From: Candidatus Uhrbacteria bacterium
Lineage (GTDB): Bacteria > Patescibacteriota > Patescibacteriia > 2-12-FULL-60-25
Direction of reading: 5' to 3'
Assembly: GCA_018499965.2 (NCBI GenBank)
Contig: JAHBAS020000017.1
Coordinates: 10,087 to 74,086 of the forward strand
DNA length: 64,000 bases
The notes below the pieces were generated by a model. The model made no database searches. It was not told where the DNA came from and saw only the letters and a list, made by a program, of their open reading frames with translations. Positions 19,035 through 28,483 of the stretch are shown piece after piece. How positions within the stretch are numbered: the first letter of the stretch is position 1; each line of letters begins with the position of its first letter. The position numbers and the translations under genes were made by a program.

Positions 19035-19198
19035 ACGAAAAAGCCTCGAGCAATCCGTTCCCAAGAAATCTAGTTATAGGTACGAGCGAGTCCGAAGACC
19101 TGCTACATCCTACGATTAGATCCCATGCTTGTCGTGGAAACGGATTGCTTGAGGCCTCTTGCCCACCAATCCTTTATTTGAACACTCTTTGACACTAA
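19035..19198 (-). ncRNA. Candidate small RNA (about 165 nt), family unknown
   Basis: Lies between a near-consensus promoter (19205..19233, minus) and a 17-bp closing stem (19139..19155 pairs with 19043..19059, one G.U) followed by U5. The apical loop is C(UUCG)G. The longest minus-strand ORF inside is 7 codons. Confidence 0.35.
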
Positions 19199-19204
19199 TG
19201 GCCT

Positions 19205-19233
19205 AGTATAGCCGATATTGCCGAATGTGTCAA
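19205..19233 (-). promoter_or_regulatory. Sigma70-like promoter, TTGACA-17-TATACT
   Basis: The reverse complement of 19228..19233 is TTGACA. The spacer is 17 nt. The reverse complement of 19205..19210 is TATACT. No protein gene follows it on the minus strand. Confidence 0.55.
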
Positions 19234-19356
19234 GCCCCCTTTCTATCCCCTCCCAGAATCCTGAAAAAGGCGATAAAAAAAGCGCACGTTTACATGCTGC
19301 CCAAAGTTCTATTGGGAGTTATATCGGAAAACCAAAATGCTGTCAAGCCCGTTAAC

Positions 19357-21585
19357 CTAGCCCTTTCCTTGCAATGTCCCCACATCCTCCAAACGAACCG
19401 AAAGGACCTTGGACGATCCATCTTCCCCAAGCGTAACGCCATAGATCGTGCTCGCCTGGTGCATGGTCGTTCGATTATGCGTGACCACAATGAACTGCGT
19501 GGCATTCGCCCGCTCTTCGAGAATGTCCGCGTACTTCTTGGTATTTACCTCATCGAGCGCCGCATCAACCTCGTCGAGCACGATGAACGGAGACGGGTTC
19601 GTGGCCATAATGGCACTAATGAGCGCAATCGACGTAAGCGCGCGCTCGCCGCCGGAAAGGAGGGCGATGGACTTCAAGCGCTTCCCCGGAGGCGTTGCCT
19701 GGATATCAATGCCTGCAACTGGCGCATCCGCTGGGACAGGAACGAGATTCCCTTCTTCATCCACGGTCGGCTCCGGTGCGACCTGCAAGAGCGCAGCCTC
19801 TCCCCCACCGAAGAGCGATCGGAACGTCTTGCTGAATTCGCTGTTCAAAATATGGAATGCCTGTTCGCTCTTCGTTCGAATCGTTTCATCAAGTTCCGCG
19901 ATCACGGTATCCAATCCACGGATGGCTCCGCGAAGATCTTCGACTTGCGTGGTCAAGAACTCAAAACGCTCCTTCGTTTCTGTATATTCTTTCTGCGTCG
20001 CCGGATCGATATTTCCAATCCATTCCAATTGGGAACGGGTGCGGGAAAGTTGCGGAAGCAGGGTATCAACCTGATCGACTTTTCCCGTCTCTTGCGCGAG
20101 GATATCGAGCGTAGGCTCGAGATCCGGACGATGCGTGCGAAGCTCTGCAAGGAACGCGTCGCGTCGCGTTTCCCAACGCGCCATTTCCACGGCCGCATCA
20201 CTTGCCGCACGCTCAGCCTGACGAGCTTCATCACGTCGAGCATTCAACTGTCGCTGCGTTTCAAAAAGATGCGCGCGCTTTCCATCCTCCTGACGGTTCA
20301 CCTCTGCCATCTTTGCCTGAATCTCTTTCGTACGCGCCGTTAACGTATCCATTTCAAGCACGATTTGTTTTAACGCTGCCTCGACTTCCGGATCTGTCGT
20401 AGGCGTTGGCGCTTCCTCCATGACTGGACGCTGCAATCGATTCGAAAAATCCGCATGATGCGCATGGAGCGATTCCACGATCGGCTTGATTTTTGCCACA
20501 TCCGGAGACGGGTGACGGACATGATCCAAAAGCGTATCTAATTGCTTCTGCGAAACTTCGACAGCTTCGATGATTTTCGAAAAGGAAAGAGGTGTGCGCG
20601 TCTCCCGCTGCGCCTGCGCTTTGGCTTTGGCGATTTCTACCTGCGCATACAATTTCGCCTGTCGCTCACGCAAAACCGATCGTTCTTCGGCGATTTCTTC
20701 AATCTTGCGGCGAAGCTGATCTAGCTCCACCGAAGGCGGAACGGACTGTTCCATACCTGCCAACTCTTCCTGCATCGCCCTCGCCTCAGCGAGGAACTTC
20801 GTTTCCCGTTCTTGCGCAGCGTCTAATCGAATTTTCACTTCGCCCATGCGCTCGGAAAGCTCATGCCAAGAACCGCCGTAATAACTCTTTTCAAGACGGA
20901 TGCGATCAGCCTCAAGCGCATCGCGCTGCTCCAACCGCTTCACCTGTCGTTCGAGGCTCGAAAGACGAGGGGTGATTTCCCGCAATAGCGCATCCGCTTG
21001 CGCGAGACGTTCACGAGAAGAATCAAGCTTTGAAACAGACTGATGACGCTTGAGCTGGAACGGACGTAAACCCGCGGCTTCATCGAAAAACTCTTTGCGT
21101 TCTGCTGGAGATGCGGAAAGGATCGCATCTGCCATACCTTGCCCGATCACGCTATACGTCCGCTGACCGATACCGGACTGCGCAAGCAACATCGTGACAT
21201 CCGCGAGCTTGGCTTGCTGACGATTGATTTCAAATTCGGATTTCCCGTCTCGATACAAACGACGCGTGAGCACAATTTCCGCCGGAAGATCTTCGGACTC
21301 GGATTGCTCGGTCACGAGCGTCATGGAGACTTCCGCGAATCCAGATCGTGCCTTGTTCTGCGAACCGGAAAAAATGAGATCCTCCTGCTTCTTTCCACGC
21401 AACAACTTCATGCTCTGTTCGCCCATCACCCAACGAATCGCATCCGCCACGTTCGATTTTCCAGATCCGTTCGGCCCCACGATCGACGTCACCCCTCGAC
21501 GCTTTGCTCCTTCCGGGGAGAACTCCAGTACCGTCTTTACGGCGAAGGTCTTAAACCCCTGCATTTCCAAGCGCTTGAGATACAT
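19357..21585 (-). CDS. smc: SMC-family chromosome segregation ATPase, unusually short (742 aa, no canonical hinge)
   Basis: The N-terminal head is MYLKRLEMQGFKTFAVKTVLEF...IVGPNGSGKSNVADAIRWVMGEQS. The C-terminal head is LLSGGERALTSIALISAIMATNPSPFIVLDEVDAALDEVN...QFIVVTHNRTTM. The start is set at the Met preceding YLKRLEMQGF. Confidence 0.8.
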   Translation of the reverse strand: MYLKRLEMQGFKTFAVKTVLEFSPEGAKRRGVTSIVGPNGSGKSNVADAIRWVMGEQSMKLLRGKKQEDLIFSGSQNKARSGFAEVSMTLVTEQSESEDLPAEIVLTRRLYRDGKSEFEINRQQAKLADVTMLLAQSGIGQRTYSVIGQGMADAILSASPAERKEFFDEAAGLRPFQLKRHQSVSKLDSSRERLAQADALLREITPRLSSLERQVKRLEQRDALEADRIRLEKSYYGGSWHELSERMGEVKIRLDAAQERETKFLAEARAMQEELAGMEQSVPPSVELDQLRRKIEEIAEERSVLRERQAKLYAQVEIAKAKAQAQRETRTPLSFSKIIEAVEVSQKQLDTLLDHVRHPSPDVAKIKPIVESLHAHHADFSNRLQRPVMEEAPTPTTDPEVEAALKQIVLEMDTLTARTKEIQAKMAEVNRQEDGKRAHLFETQRQLNARRDEARQAERAASDAAVEMARWETRRDAFLAELRTHRPDLEPTLDILAQETGKVDQVDTLLPQLSRTRSQLEWIGNIDPATQKEYTETKERFEFLTTQVEDLRGAIRGLDTVIAELDETIRTKSEQAFHILNSEFSKTFRSLFGGGEAALLQVAPEPTVDEEGNLVPVPADAPVAGIDIQATPPGKRLKSIALLSGGERALTSIALISAIMATNPSPFIVLDEVDAALDEVNTKKYADILEERANATQFIVVTHNRTTMHQASTIYGVTLGEDGSSKVLSVRLEDVGTLQGKG

Positions 21586-21673
21586 ATGATGCGCATAGGT
21601 TAGCAAGAAAGGCAGGGTTTTGGGTAGGGTATAAGCCAGAGCCTAGCCAATTCCCTTTACATCGTGTACGGTA

Positions 21674-22030
21674 GTGCTCGATATGGATCTCGAACACGAA
21701 AAGCACGTCAGCCACTTCCACCAAGCCCTGGCGGAAAGTATCGTCCGTGGCGCGGAACTTCCGATCGGCCTCATGGTCACGCTCGTGCGTGCCGAGATCA
21801 CCGGGGATGCAAAATACGCCAAAGGCACCATTTCCGTGCTTCCGGTCAGCCGCACCGAAGAGGCCATCGAGGCTCTGGTTCGCGCAGAACCAGAGATTAA
21901 GCGAGAACTTAACAAACGCCTTCGTCTTCGTATCATCCCAAGACTTCACTGGGGTATTGATACCACCGAAGAACACGCCGCCGGCATCGAAGAGACGATC
22001 AACGAACTCAAACGCCGAGGAGAGCTGTAG
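21674..22030 (+). CDS. rbfA: Ribosome-binding factor A
   Basis: Size and pattern fit (VTLVRAEITGDAKYAKGTISVLP...ELNKRLRLRIIPRLHWGIDTT). The start could be GTG at 21674 or ATG at 21683. Confidence 0.7.
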   Translation: MLDMDLEHEKHVSHFHQALAESIVRGAELPIGLMVTLVRAEITGDAKYAKGTISVLPVSRTEEAIEALVRAEPEIKRELNKRLRLRIIPRLHWGIDTTEEHAAGIEETINELKRRGEL

Positions 22031-22096
22031 AGAAAAGTCGTTCTTCCTCAGCACCGCGCTCAAGTCCCCTGACAAGGGGATTTAGAGGTTCTCCCG

Positions 22097-22125
22097 TTGA
22101 CGATTCCGCTGATCCGATATAGGAT
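22097..22125 (+). promoter_or_regulatory. Sigma70-like promoter TTGACG-17-TAGGAT ahead of the DHH-clpP pair
   Basis: Hexamers lie at 22097..22102 and 22120..22125. The first ATG of the DHH gene is only 11 nt after the -10, so the leader would be very short or absent. Confidence 0.45.
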
Positions 22126-22136
22126 CCTTGATCCGC

Positions 22137-23111
22137 ATGCAAGCCTACGCGCATGAGTTCAAGCGACTCCTTCACCTGATCCGAGGTTCGAATCGGATTC
22201 TTTTGATATCCCACCAAAAACCAGACGGAGACACGCTCGGTTCTACGCTTGGCTTGGCCAACTGGATGATTCGGGAAGGCAAGCGTCCAACGATTTTCTG
22301 CGTGGATACGCCAAGTCCGACCTATCGCTTTTTGCCAAACATCCATCTCTACACGAACGACGAGACGGTGTTTGATGATGCATACGACCTCGTAATCGTT
22401 CTTGATTCAAGCAATCTCAAATACGCGGGTGTCGACGTGCACCTCCCCCGCCTCAAACCAGGATACGTCCTCGTGAATATTGACCATCACGGATCGAACG
22501 CACGTTACGGCGATATAAAACTCGTCATTCCGGGAACGAGTTCCACATCGGAAATCATCTACCAGTTCTTTAAAGAAAACGACATCTTGCTCGATAGCGC
22601 CATGAGCACGAGCCTCTTAATCGGACTGTGTACGGATACCTGGAACTTCTGCAATCCACTGACCAGCGTAAGCGCACTTGAAGCCGGTTCCGTTCTCATC
22701 GCGCACGGCGCACGGTTCAACGACATCCTTCGGTACTTCTGGAAGAATCAATCATTCGACGCGTTCGCGCTTTGGGGAAAGCTCCTCTCGCGCTTGCATC
22801 ACGAACCGCAGTTCAGCGTCGCATCGACATATCTTACCGCGATAGAACTGGAAGACGTTCCAACCGAACTCATGGAACAAATGGTGAACTTCCTCGCGAG
22901 CATCGTGGGTGAAGTAGATACCGTTCTCTTCCTCAAAGAGCATTCGGACGGATTGGTGAGCGGATCGTTTCGTGGACACAAACGAAATGTCGATAAACTT
23001 GCCGCCTATCTCGGTGGCGGTGGACATCCGGGCGCCGCAGCGTTTCGCATCCGTGGAAAGCTTGAAATCCTAGAAAACGGACGGGCAAAAATCATTGCCC
23101 TTGATAACTAG
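22137..23111 (+). CDS. DHH/DHHA1 phosphoesterase (NrnA-like oligoribonuclease/pAp phosphatase)
   Basis: Motifs [25 protein letters not shown] and the C-terminal [12 protein letters not shown] (GGGH). The ATG at 22137 is preferred over the TTG at 22128, which sits next to the predicted -10. Confidence 0.8.
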   Translation: MQAYAHEFKRLLHLIRGSNRILLISHQKPDGDTLGSTLGLANWMIREGKRPTIFCVDTPSPTYRFLPNIHLYTNDETVFDDAYDLVIVLDSSNLKYAGVDVHLPRLKPGYVLVNIDHHGSNARYGDIKLVIPGTSSTSEIIYQFFKENDILLDSAMSTSLLIGLCTDTWNFCNPLTSVSALEAGSVLIAHGARFNDILRYFWKNQSFDAFALWGKLLSRLHHEPQFSVASTYLTAIELEDVPTELMEQMVNFLASIVGEVDTVLFLKEHSDGLVSGSFRGHKRNVDKLAAYLGGGGHPGAAAFRIRGKLEILENGRAKIIALDN

Positions 23112-23139
23112 CACTCTCCCTGCTAGACTGCCAATACCT

Positions 23140-23751
23140 ATGAATACCCCGTATTCTCTTCTATCCCAGTCCCCTCGCGGATACCTGATCCCAACCGTGA
23201 TCGAAAAGACGCAGATGGGTGAACGCGCATACGACATCTACTCCCGCTTGCTCAAAGATCGCATCATCATGCTCGGCAGCGCGATTGATGACGATATCGC
23301 CAACATCATCGTGGCGCAGATCTTGTTTTTGGAAAGCCAGGATAAAACCAAAGACATCAAACTCTACGTGAACTCTCCGGGCGGAAGCGTGACCGCCGGA
23401 CTCGCGATCTACGACGCCATGCAGCATGTGAGCTGCGACGTAAGCACGATCTGTATGGGCATGGCCGCCTCCATGGGCGCGATCATCCTCGCGGGCGGAG
23501 CGAAGAACAAACGTTTCGCGCTCCCAAACTCCGAGATCATGATCCACCAACCGCTTGGCGGCGTGGAAGGCCAGGCCACGGATATCATGATCCGCGCAGA
23601 ACGCATTATCAAAACTAAGGGTCAGTTAAACAAGATCCTTGCCAAACACACCGGCCAGAACATCAAGAAGATCGAAGAAGACACGGAACGCGACAACTTC
23701 ATGGACGCCAAAGAAGCCATGACGTACGGATTGGTTGATAAGATTTTGTAA
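23140..23751 (+). CDS. clpP: ATP-dependent Clp protease proteolytic subunit
   Basis: [73 protein letters not shown] and IMIHQPLGG match the ClpP Ser/His region. The start is set at MNTPYSLL. Confidence 0.92.
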   Translation: MNTPYSLLSQSPRGYLIPTVIEKTQMGERAYDIYSRLLKDRIIMLGSAIDDDIANIIVAQILFLESQDKTKDIKLYVNSPGGSVTAGLAIYDAMQHVSCDVSTICMGMAASMGAIILAGGAKNKRFALPNSEIMIHQPLGGVEGQATDIMIRAERIIKTKGQLNKILAKHTGQNIKKIEEDTERDNFMDAKEAMTYGLVDKIL

Positions 23752-23766
23752 GAAAAAATACGAAAT

Positions 23767-23800
23767 AAAAAAGAGCGCGATGCCATCGTGCTCTTTTTTA
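23767..23800. terminator. Rho-independent terminator after clpP
   Basis: An A-run, then GAGCGCG, ATGCCAT, CGTGCTC, then T6. Confidence 0.7.
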
Positions 23801-23944
23801 TTTCTTTCCGGTTCACACTCCCCTCTACCCGCTTCTCTCTTCCCTTCCCCATATCACAACCCCGCCGACAGCTATTGCCGTGGGCGGGGTCATACAACAT
23901 CGCGAGAATGCGATAAGCAAAGAAGAAAAGAACGAACGTGACGT

Positions 23945-24301
23945 TTACGATGTCGACGGGGGTCGACTTGATGGCCGATCGTTCGCCGGTTGACTTGGCG
24001 TCTTCCGAGATCCGTCAGAGCGCTTCGCGGGCGAACTCTCTAAAAAGAATACTTCCGGATCGGGGTTATACGCTTTTTCCGAAAACTTGGCACATACAAA
24101 CTGAACGGTACACGCTCCCTCCGAAGAACGAACAATGCGCACTTCTGGGAATTCCGGGAACGGACCTCTGGTTTCTTTTCCAATGATCACATAGTATCGG
24201 TGACCTTCTTCTGTCACCACAACCGTTAAACGATTCACACGCACCTCCCTTGGTGGGTCGTTATCTTTGCCATACTTTTGATCGTATGTCAATGATAGCA
24301 T
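23945..24301 (-). CDS. Hypothetical protein (118 aa) with Pro/Ser-rich tail
   Basis: Only plausible ORF in this gap. The N-terminal 80 aa look globular (RLTVVVTEEGHRYYVIIGKETRGPFPEF...). No SD and no family recognised. Confidence 0.4.
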   Translation of the reverse strand: MLSLTYDQKYGKDNDPPREVRVNRLTVVVTEEGHRYYVIIGKETRGPFPEFPEVRIVRSSEGACTVQFVCAKFSEKAYNPDPEVFFLESSPAKRSDGSRKTPSQPANDRPSSRPPSTS

Positions 24302-24351
24302 ACCAAAAAAAGCTCAATAAAGCCCAGAATACATGCAAAAAATACGTTTGA

Positions 24352-25302
24352 TCAGGACTTCGCCGGGGACGGTTGTAATCGTTTCGCGACAAGGCGGAAC
24401 GGGATCACCATAAGCGTCCACGGCAACATAGAAAGGATGACGACGATGGAAATATGCGCATCATGGAAAAACTGGCCTGCTAAAAAAATCGCGAGCGTAA
24501 AATTCATGTACGTAAGACAAATGCTCACCGTAAGACGCTCGGGAATGGATCGCCATGGCGTAACGGCGTATCCGATAAAATGGAATGCAGCAAAGAGCAA
24601 AAAGAGCGCGATGATCGTCATGGTGAATTTTCCGCTCGCGATCTCGCGGACCGCCCCGATCTGTTGTCCGATAATGCCCGCGATCAAAGCCGCAAGCAGC
24701 AAAAGCGACGCCGGTTTAAACGTGAACATGGATACGGAAACTGCTTTTTTAAAAAAATGACGTACGATCATGGCAAGTGCCATCGGAATGATCATCACCT
24801 TCATGAGACTCCATGCCATGGTCCAAAAACCGACCGTCACTGCGGAACCAGCCAAAAGCTGAACGATGAACGGAATGGTAAATGGAGCGAAGAGCGACGT
24901 GATCATGGTGATCACGAGCGCGAGATCCGTTCGACCTCCGACGACGTCCGAAAGAAGCGGAGCGGTCATCCCCGTTGGCATAGCCGCGAGGAGCATAAAG
25001 GGAATGGCAAGTGATGGTGAAATAGCCTGCGTAATTTGAAAAATAACGATAGGGAAAACAATGAGCATGAATGCCGAAGAAATAAGGAGCATCCAAGGAT
25101 CTTTCGCCACGTCCCGAAATCGGGAAAGATCCATTTTCAACGTACTCAAAAAGAAAATAATCGAAAGAAATAATTGTCCGTACGAAGACCATCCAGAAAC
25201 AACGCTTGGAAAAAGCAATCCGGCGACGCATGCCACGAGAAGGACGAAGAGATAGGACTCCAGAAGACGAAAAAATCCCTTCACGATTGGCAACATACGC
25301 AA
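24352..25302 (-). CDS. Bile acid:sodium symporter (BASS/SBF-like) family transporter
   Basis: About 9-10 TM segments. The pattern FLSIIFFLSTLKMDL...LLAAMPTGMTAPLLSDVVGG is typical of SBF-like carriers. Assigned from memory, not searched. Confidence 0.65.
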   Translation of the reverse strand: MRMLPIVKGFFRLLESYLFVLLVACVAGLLFPSVVSGWSSYGQLFLSIIFFLSTLKMDLSRFRDVAKDPWMLLISSAFMLIVFPIVIFQITQAISPSLAIPFMLLAAMPTGMTAPLLSDVVGGRTDLALVITMITSLFAPFTIPFIVQLLAGSAVTVGFWTMAWSLMKVMIIPMALAMIVRHFFKKAVSVSMFTFKPASLLLLAALIAGIIGQQIGAVREIASGKFTMTIIALFLLFAAFHFIGYAVTPWRSIPERLTVSICLTYMNFTLAIFLAGQFFHDAHISIVVILSMLPWTLMVIPFRLVAKRLQPSPAKS

Positions 25303-25377
25303 ACAGTATACCGAAAAAATGAAAATAGGACGATGTGCACGTGCGCATCGTCCTATTTTCGATGTAGGTAGTTATCG

Positions 25378-27912
25378 TTAGACGATTTCCGCATCTGCAC
25401 CTTCATCCGCTTTGAGGAAAGCGACGCTGGAAACGATATCGCCCTCTTCCTTAAAGCGCATCACGCGAACTCCTTGCGTATCGCGACCCAAGGAAGAAAC
25501 ATTCTTGAATGGTGTGCGCAGGACAATGCCTTTCTTTGAAATGATCATCAAGTCGCGATCATCTTCTTTGGAAGAAATGAATGCCGCTACAACGCCACCC
25601 GTCTTTCCGGTCACGCGCATGGTGCGAATGCCGGAACCGCCACGACCCTGAACTTTGTATTCGCGTAAATCCGTTCGCTTACCCAACCCGTTCTCCGCAA
25701 GCGTAAAGAGTTCAAGCAATCCCTTTTTGGCCAATGCCGGATTCACGACGTCCATACCGATCACCTCATCGTCTTTTTTGAGATTGATGCCGCGAACACC
25801 AGATGCCGTACGACCCATCGGACGGACATCTGCTTCTTTGAAGCGAATGCTCTGCCCTGCCTTCGTCACAAGGGAGATATCATCTTCCCCCACGGTCGGC
25901 TTCACCCAACGCAAGTCATCGCCCTCATGGAGATTGATCGCGATCAATCCGGATCGACGGACATTATCGAATTCGGAAAGCTCCGTCTTCTTGATCGTTC
26001 CGCGGCTCGTCACCATCACGAGGTATTTATCGCCTTCGATATCGTCCATCGCCAACGAGGTAGCAACCTTTTCTCCAGGTCCAAGCTGGAGGAAGTTTAC
26101 AATCGCTTGTCCTTTGGACGTACGACTCCCCTGTGGAACGTCATAAGCCTTCAACTGGAACACGCGTCCGCGTGTGGTGAAGAACATGAGATCTGCATGC
26201 GTGGTCGTGCTGAAAAGCTGTTCGACCTGGTCTTCTTCCTTGGTTGTGAGTCCGGAAACGCCCTTGCCGCCACGATGCTGCGCACGGAACGTGTCTGGCG
26301 GAAGACGCTTGATATAACCATCTGCGGTCATAATGACCACGGTTGGTTCGTCTGGAATCAAGTCCTCCGTGGAAAACTCTCCGACCGGACCGGCGATCAC
26401 CTTCGTGCGACGTTCATCGCCGAACTTTTCACGCATATCCACCACCTCACCGCGAATCACGGCGAGCATTCTCGCTGCGGACTTCAAGATGGCTTCGAGT
26501 TCTTCGATCAACTTCATCTTTTCGTCATACTCCTGCTCCACCTTGAGCCGCTCGAGGTTCGCCAACTGCTGCAAGCGCATTTCAAGAATCGCATTCGTCT
26601 GACGCTCGGTGAGACGGAATTTCTTGATAAGGTTCACGCGCGCATCATCGCGGTCTTTCGACTTCTTGATGGTATCAACCACTTCATCGATCTTGATCAA
26701 CGCGATACGCAATCCCTCTAAGATATGTGCGCGATCTTTCGCCTTGGCCAAATCATACTCCGTACGACGACGCACGACTTCACGGCGATGCTTGATATAT
26801 TCTTCCAGCATCTGCTTGAGCGAAAGCACGCGCGGCACCACGCCATCTACCAACGCGAGCATGTTCACGTGGAACGTTTCCTGCAATGGCGAAAGCTTGT
26901 ACAACTGGTTCAAAATCTTCTTCGGGTACGCATCCTTCTTCAAATCGATCACCACGCGGACTTCACCCTTGGAAGATTCGTCACGGAGGTCACGAATACC
27001 TTCGATACGCTTGGTCTGGACGAGTTCAGCGATCTTTTCGAGCATGGTCGCCTTGTTCACCTGGTACGGGATCTCGGTAACGATGATCTGGAACGTTCCA
27101 GCTTTCTGCTCAACGATTTCCGCCTTCGCACGCATCACGATCCCTGCTTTTCCCGTGGCGTACGCACTCAGAATATCCGCCTTGTTGTAAATGACGCCGC
27201 CGGTCGGGAAATCCGGACCCTTCACGAATTTCATGAGGTCCTCCACCTCAAGTTCCGGCTGGTCGATCAATGCAACGATCGCATCACAGACTTCGGTAAG
27301 GTTATGCGGCGGAATATTCGTCGCCATACCGACTGCGATGCCGAGCGTTCCGTTCAACAAAAGGTTCGGGAGTTTTGCCGGCAACACGGTCGGCTCCTGT
27401 TCCGCTCCGTCAAAGTTCGGAGCGAATTGGACGGTTTCTTTTTCAATGTCCAATAACATTTCATCCGCGATCGTTTCGAGCTTGGACTCCGTATATCGAT
27501 AAGCAGCCGCGCTATCTCCATCGAGCGAACCGAAGTTTCCCTGACCTCGAATGAGCGGGTATCGCAATTTAAAATCCTGTGCCAAGTGGACGAGCGTATC
27601 GTAGACAGCCGTATCGCCATGCGGGTGGTACTTCGCGAGCACGTCTCCAACCACCGAAGCGCATTTCTTGAATCGAGCCGACGAGCGCAATCCGTTTTTC
27701 CACATGGAAAAGAGAATACGACGATGCACCGGCTTTGCACCGTCTCGCACGTCCGGTAAGGCACGGCTCACGATCACCGACATGGCATAGTCGATGTACG
27801 CTTTGCGCATTTCATCCGTAATCAAGGTTGGTTCAACATGACCAATCTGATTCTTTGCCGGAATCGGCATATTGATTTGAGCCTCTGGTTCTGGTGTTTT
27901 TCGAGCAGACAT
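25378..27912 (-). CDS. gyrA: DNA gyrase subunit A
   Basis: YIDYAMSVIVSRALPDVRDGAKPVHRRILFSM, AKYHPHGDTAVYDTLV and the catalytic-Tyr region AAAYRYTESKL are present. C-terminal beta-pinwheel repeats follow. No gyrB is adjacent. Confidence 0.96.
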   Translation of the reverse strand: MSARKTPEPEAQINMPIPAKNQIGHVEPTLITDEMRKAYIDYAMSVIVSRALPDVRDGAKPVHRRILFSMWKNGLRSSARFKKCASVVGDVLAKYHPHGDTAVYDTLVHLAQDFKLRYPLIRGQGNFGSLDGDSAAAYRYTESKLETIADEMLLDIEKETVQFAPNFDGAEQEPTVLPAKLPNLLLNGTLGIAVGMATNIPPHNLTEVCDAIVALIDQPELEVEDLMKFVKGPDFPTGGVIYNKADILSAYATGKAGIVMRAKAEIVEQKAGTFQIIVTEIPYQVNKATMLEKIAELVQTKRIEGIRDLRDESSKGEVRVVIDLKKDAYPKKILNQLYKLSPLQETFHVNMLALVDGVVPRVLSLKQMLEEYIKHRREVVRRRTEYDLAKAKDRAHILEGLRIALIKIDEVVDTIKKSKDRDDARVNLIKKFRLTERQTNAILEMRLQQLANLERLKVEQEYDEKMKLIEELEAILKSAARMLAVIRGEVVDMREKFGDERRTKVIAGPVGEFSTEDLIPDEPTVVIMTADGYIKRLPPDTFRAQHRGGKGVSGLTTKEEDQVEQLFSTTTHADLMFFTTRGRVFQLKAYDVPQGSRTSKGQAIVNFLQLGPGEKVATSLAMDDIEGDKYLVMVTSRGTIKKTELSEFDNVRRSGLIAINLHEGDDLRWVKPTVGEDDISLVTKAGQSIRFKEADVRPMGRTASGVRGINLKKDDEVIGMDVVNPALAKKGLLELFTLAENGLGKRTDLREYKVQGRGGSGIRTMRVTGKTGGVVAAFISSKEDDRDLMIISKKGIVLRTPFKNVSSLGRDTQGVRVMRFKEEGDIVSSVAFLKADEGADAEIV

Positions 27913-27921
27913 ACGTGTAGC

Positions 27922-28479
27922 TTATTGAGCGGATTCTGGGGTCAATCCCGGATCATTTGGATCAACGACTTCTTCAAAAGGAACAGGCTTATCCGAAGGG
28001 ACGTCAGGAGACGAGGTCGATGAATAGCTTCCCCCAGGCCCCATCAGATCATCACGACCGGCCTTGGCATTCCCACTTCCAACGACCGCCTGAACCATAT
28101 CGATATCTTCAGCCGCAGACGCAGCGCTTGTTGGACTTGGAATATTTGGCGCGTTCACGATCGGGTCCGTGCGAAGTCGCTCCGTAAAGGTATCCAATTG
28201 CTCTCCCATCGCCTTCCAATCTTTTTCACCGGCATTACCCACCCCCTGCTGGATGCGGCCGCCTACGCTCATCCACCAACCGCCAACGATGACCGCAAGG
28301 GCTACGAACATCCCGGCCCACATCGTCGCCCGCTGCACCGGATCTTTCGGCGCACGAGAAGCGGCATGCGCCAAAATGAGCTGACGCTTTTCCTCATCGT
28401 TTAACAAACGTGGCGTTTCGGAGAACTCTTCCTCCGAACCCACACGAACAGAACCCGATGAACGATTCGTTCTTGCCAT
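27922..28479 (-). CDS. Hypothetical single-pass membrane protein
   Basis: ORF wedged between the MBL-fold gene and gyrA. TM segment MWAGMFVALAVIVGGWWMSV. The start is moved to MARTNRSS (28479), 4 nt after the upstream stop. Confidence 0.5.
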   Translation of the reverse strand: MARTNRSSGSVRVGSEEEFSETPRLLNDEEKRQLILAHAASRAPKDPVQRATMWAGMFVALAVIVGGWWMSVGGRIQQGVGNAGEKDWKAMGEQLDTFTERLRTDPIVNAPNIPSPTSAASAAEDIDMVQAVVGSGNAKAGRDDLMGPGGSYSSTSSPDVPSDKPVPFEEVVDPNDPGLTPESAQ

Positions 28480-28483
28480 AGAT

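Noticed and set aside
19043-19155. A long imperfect hairpin of about 115 nt, considered as a 4.5S/SRP RNA.
   Set aside because: The conserved helix-8 motif (GGUCCGGAAGGAAGCAGC with a GNRA loop and symmetric AGCA/AGG loop) is absent on both strands. The apical loop is UUCG. I kept it only as an unclassified sRNA candidate.
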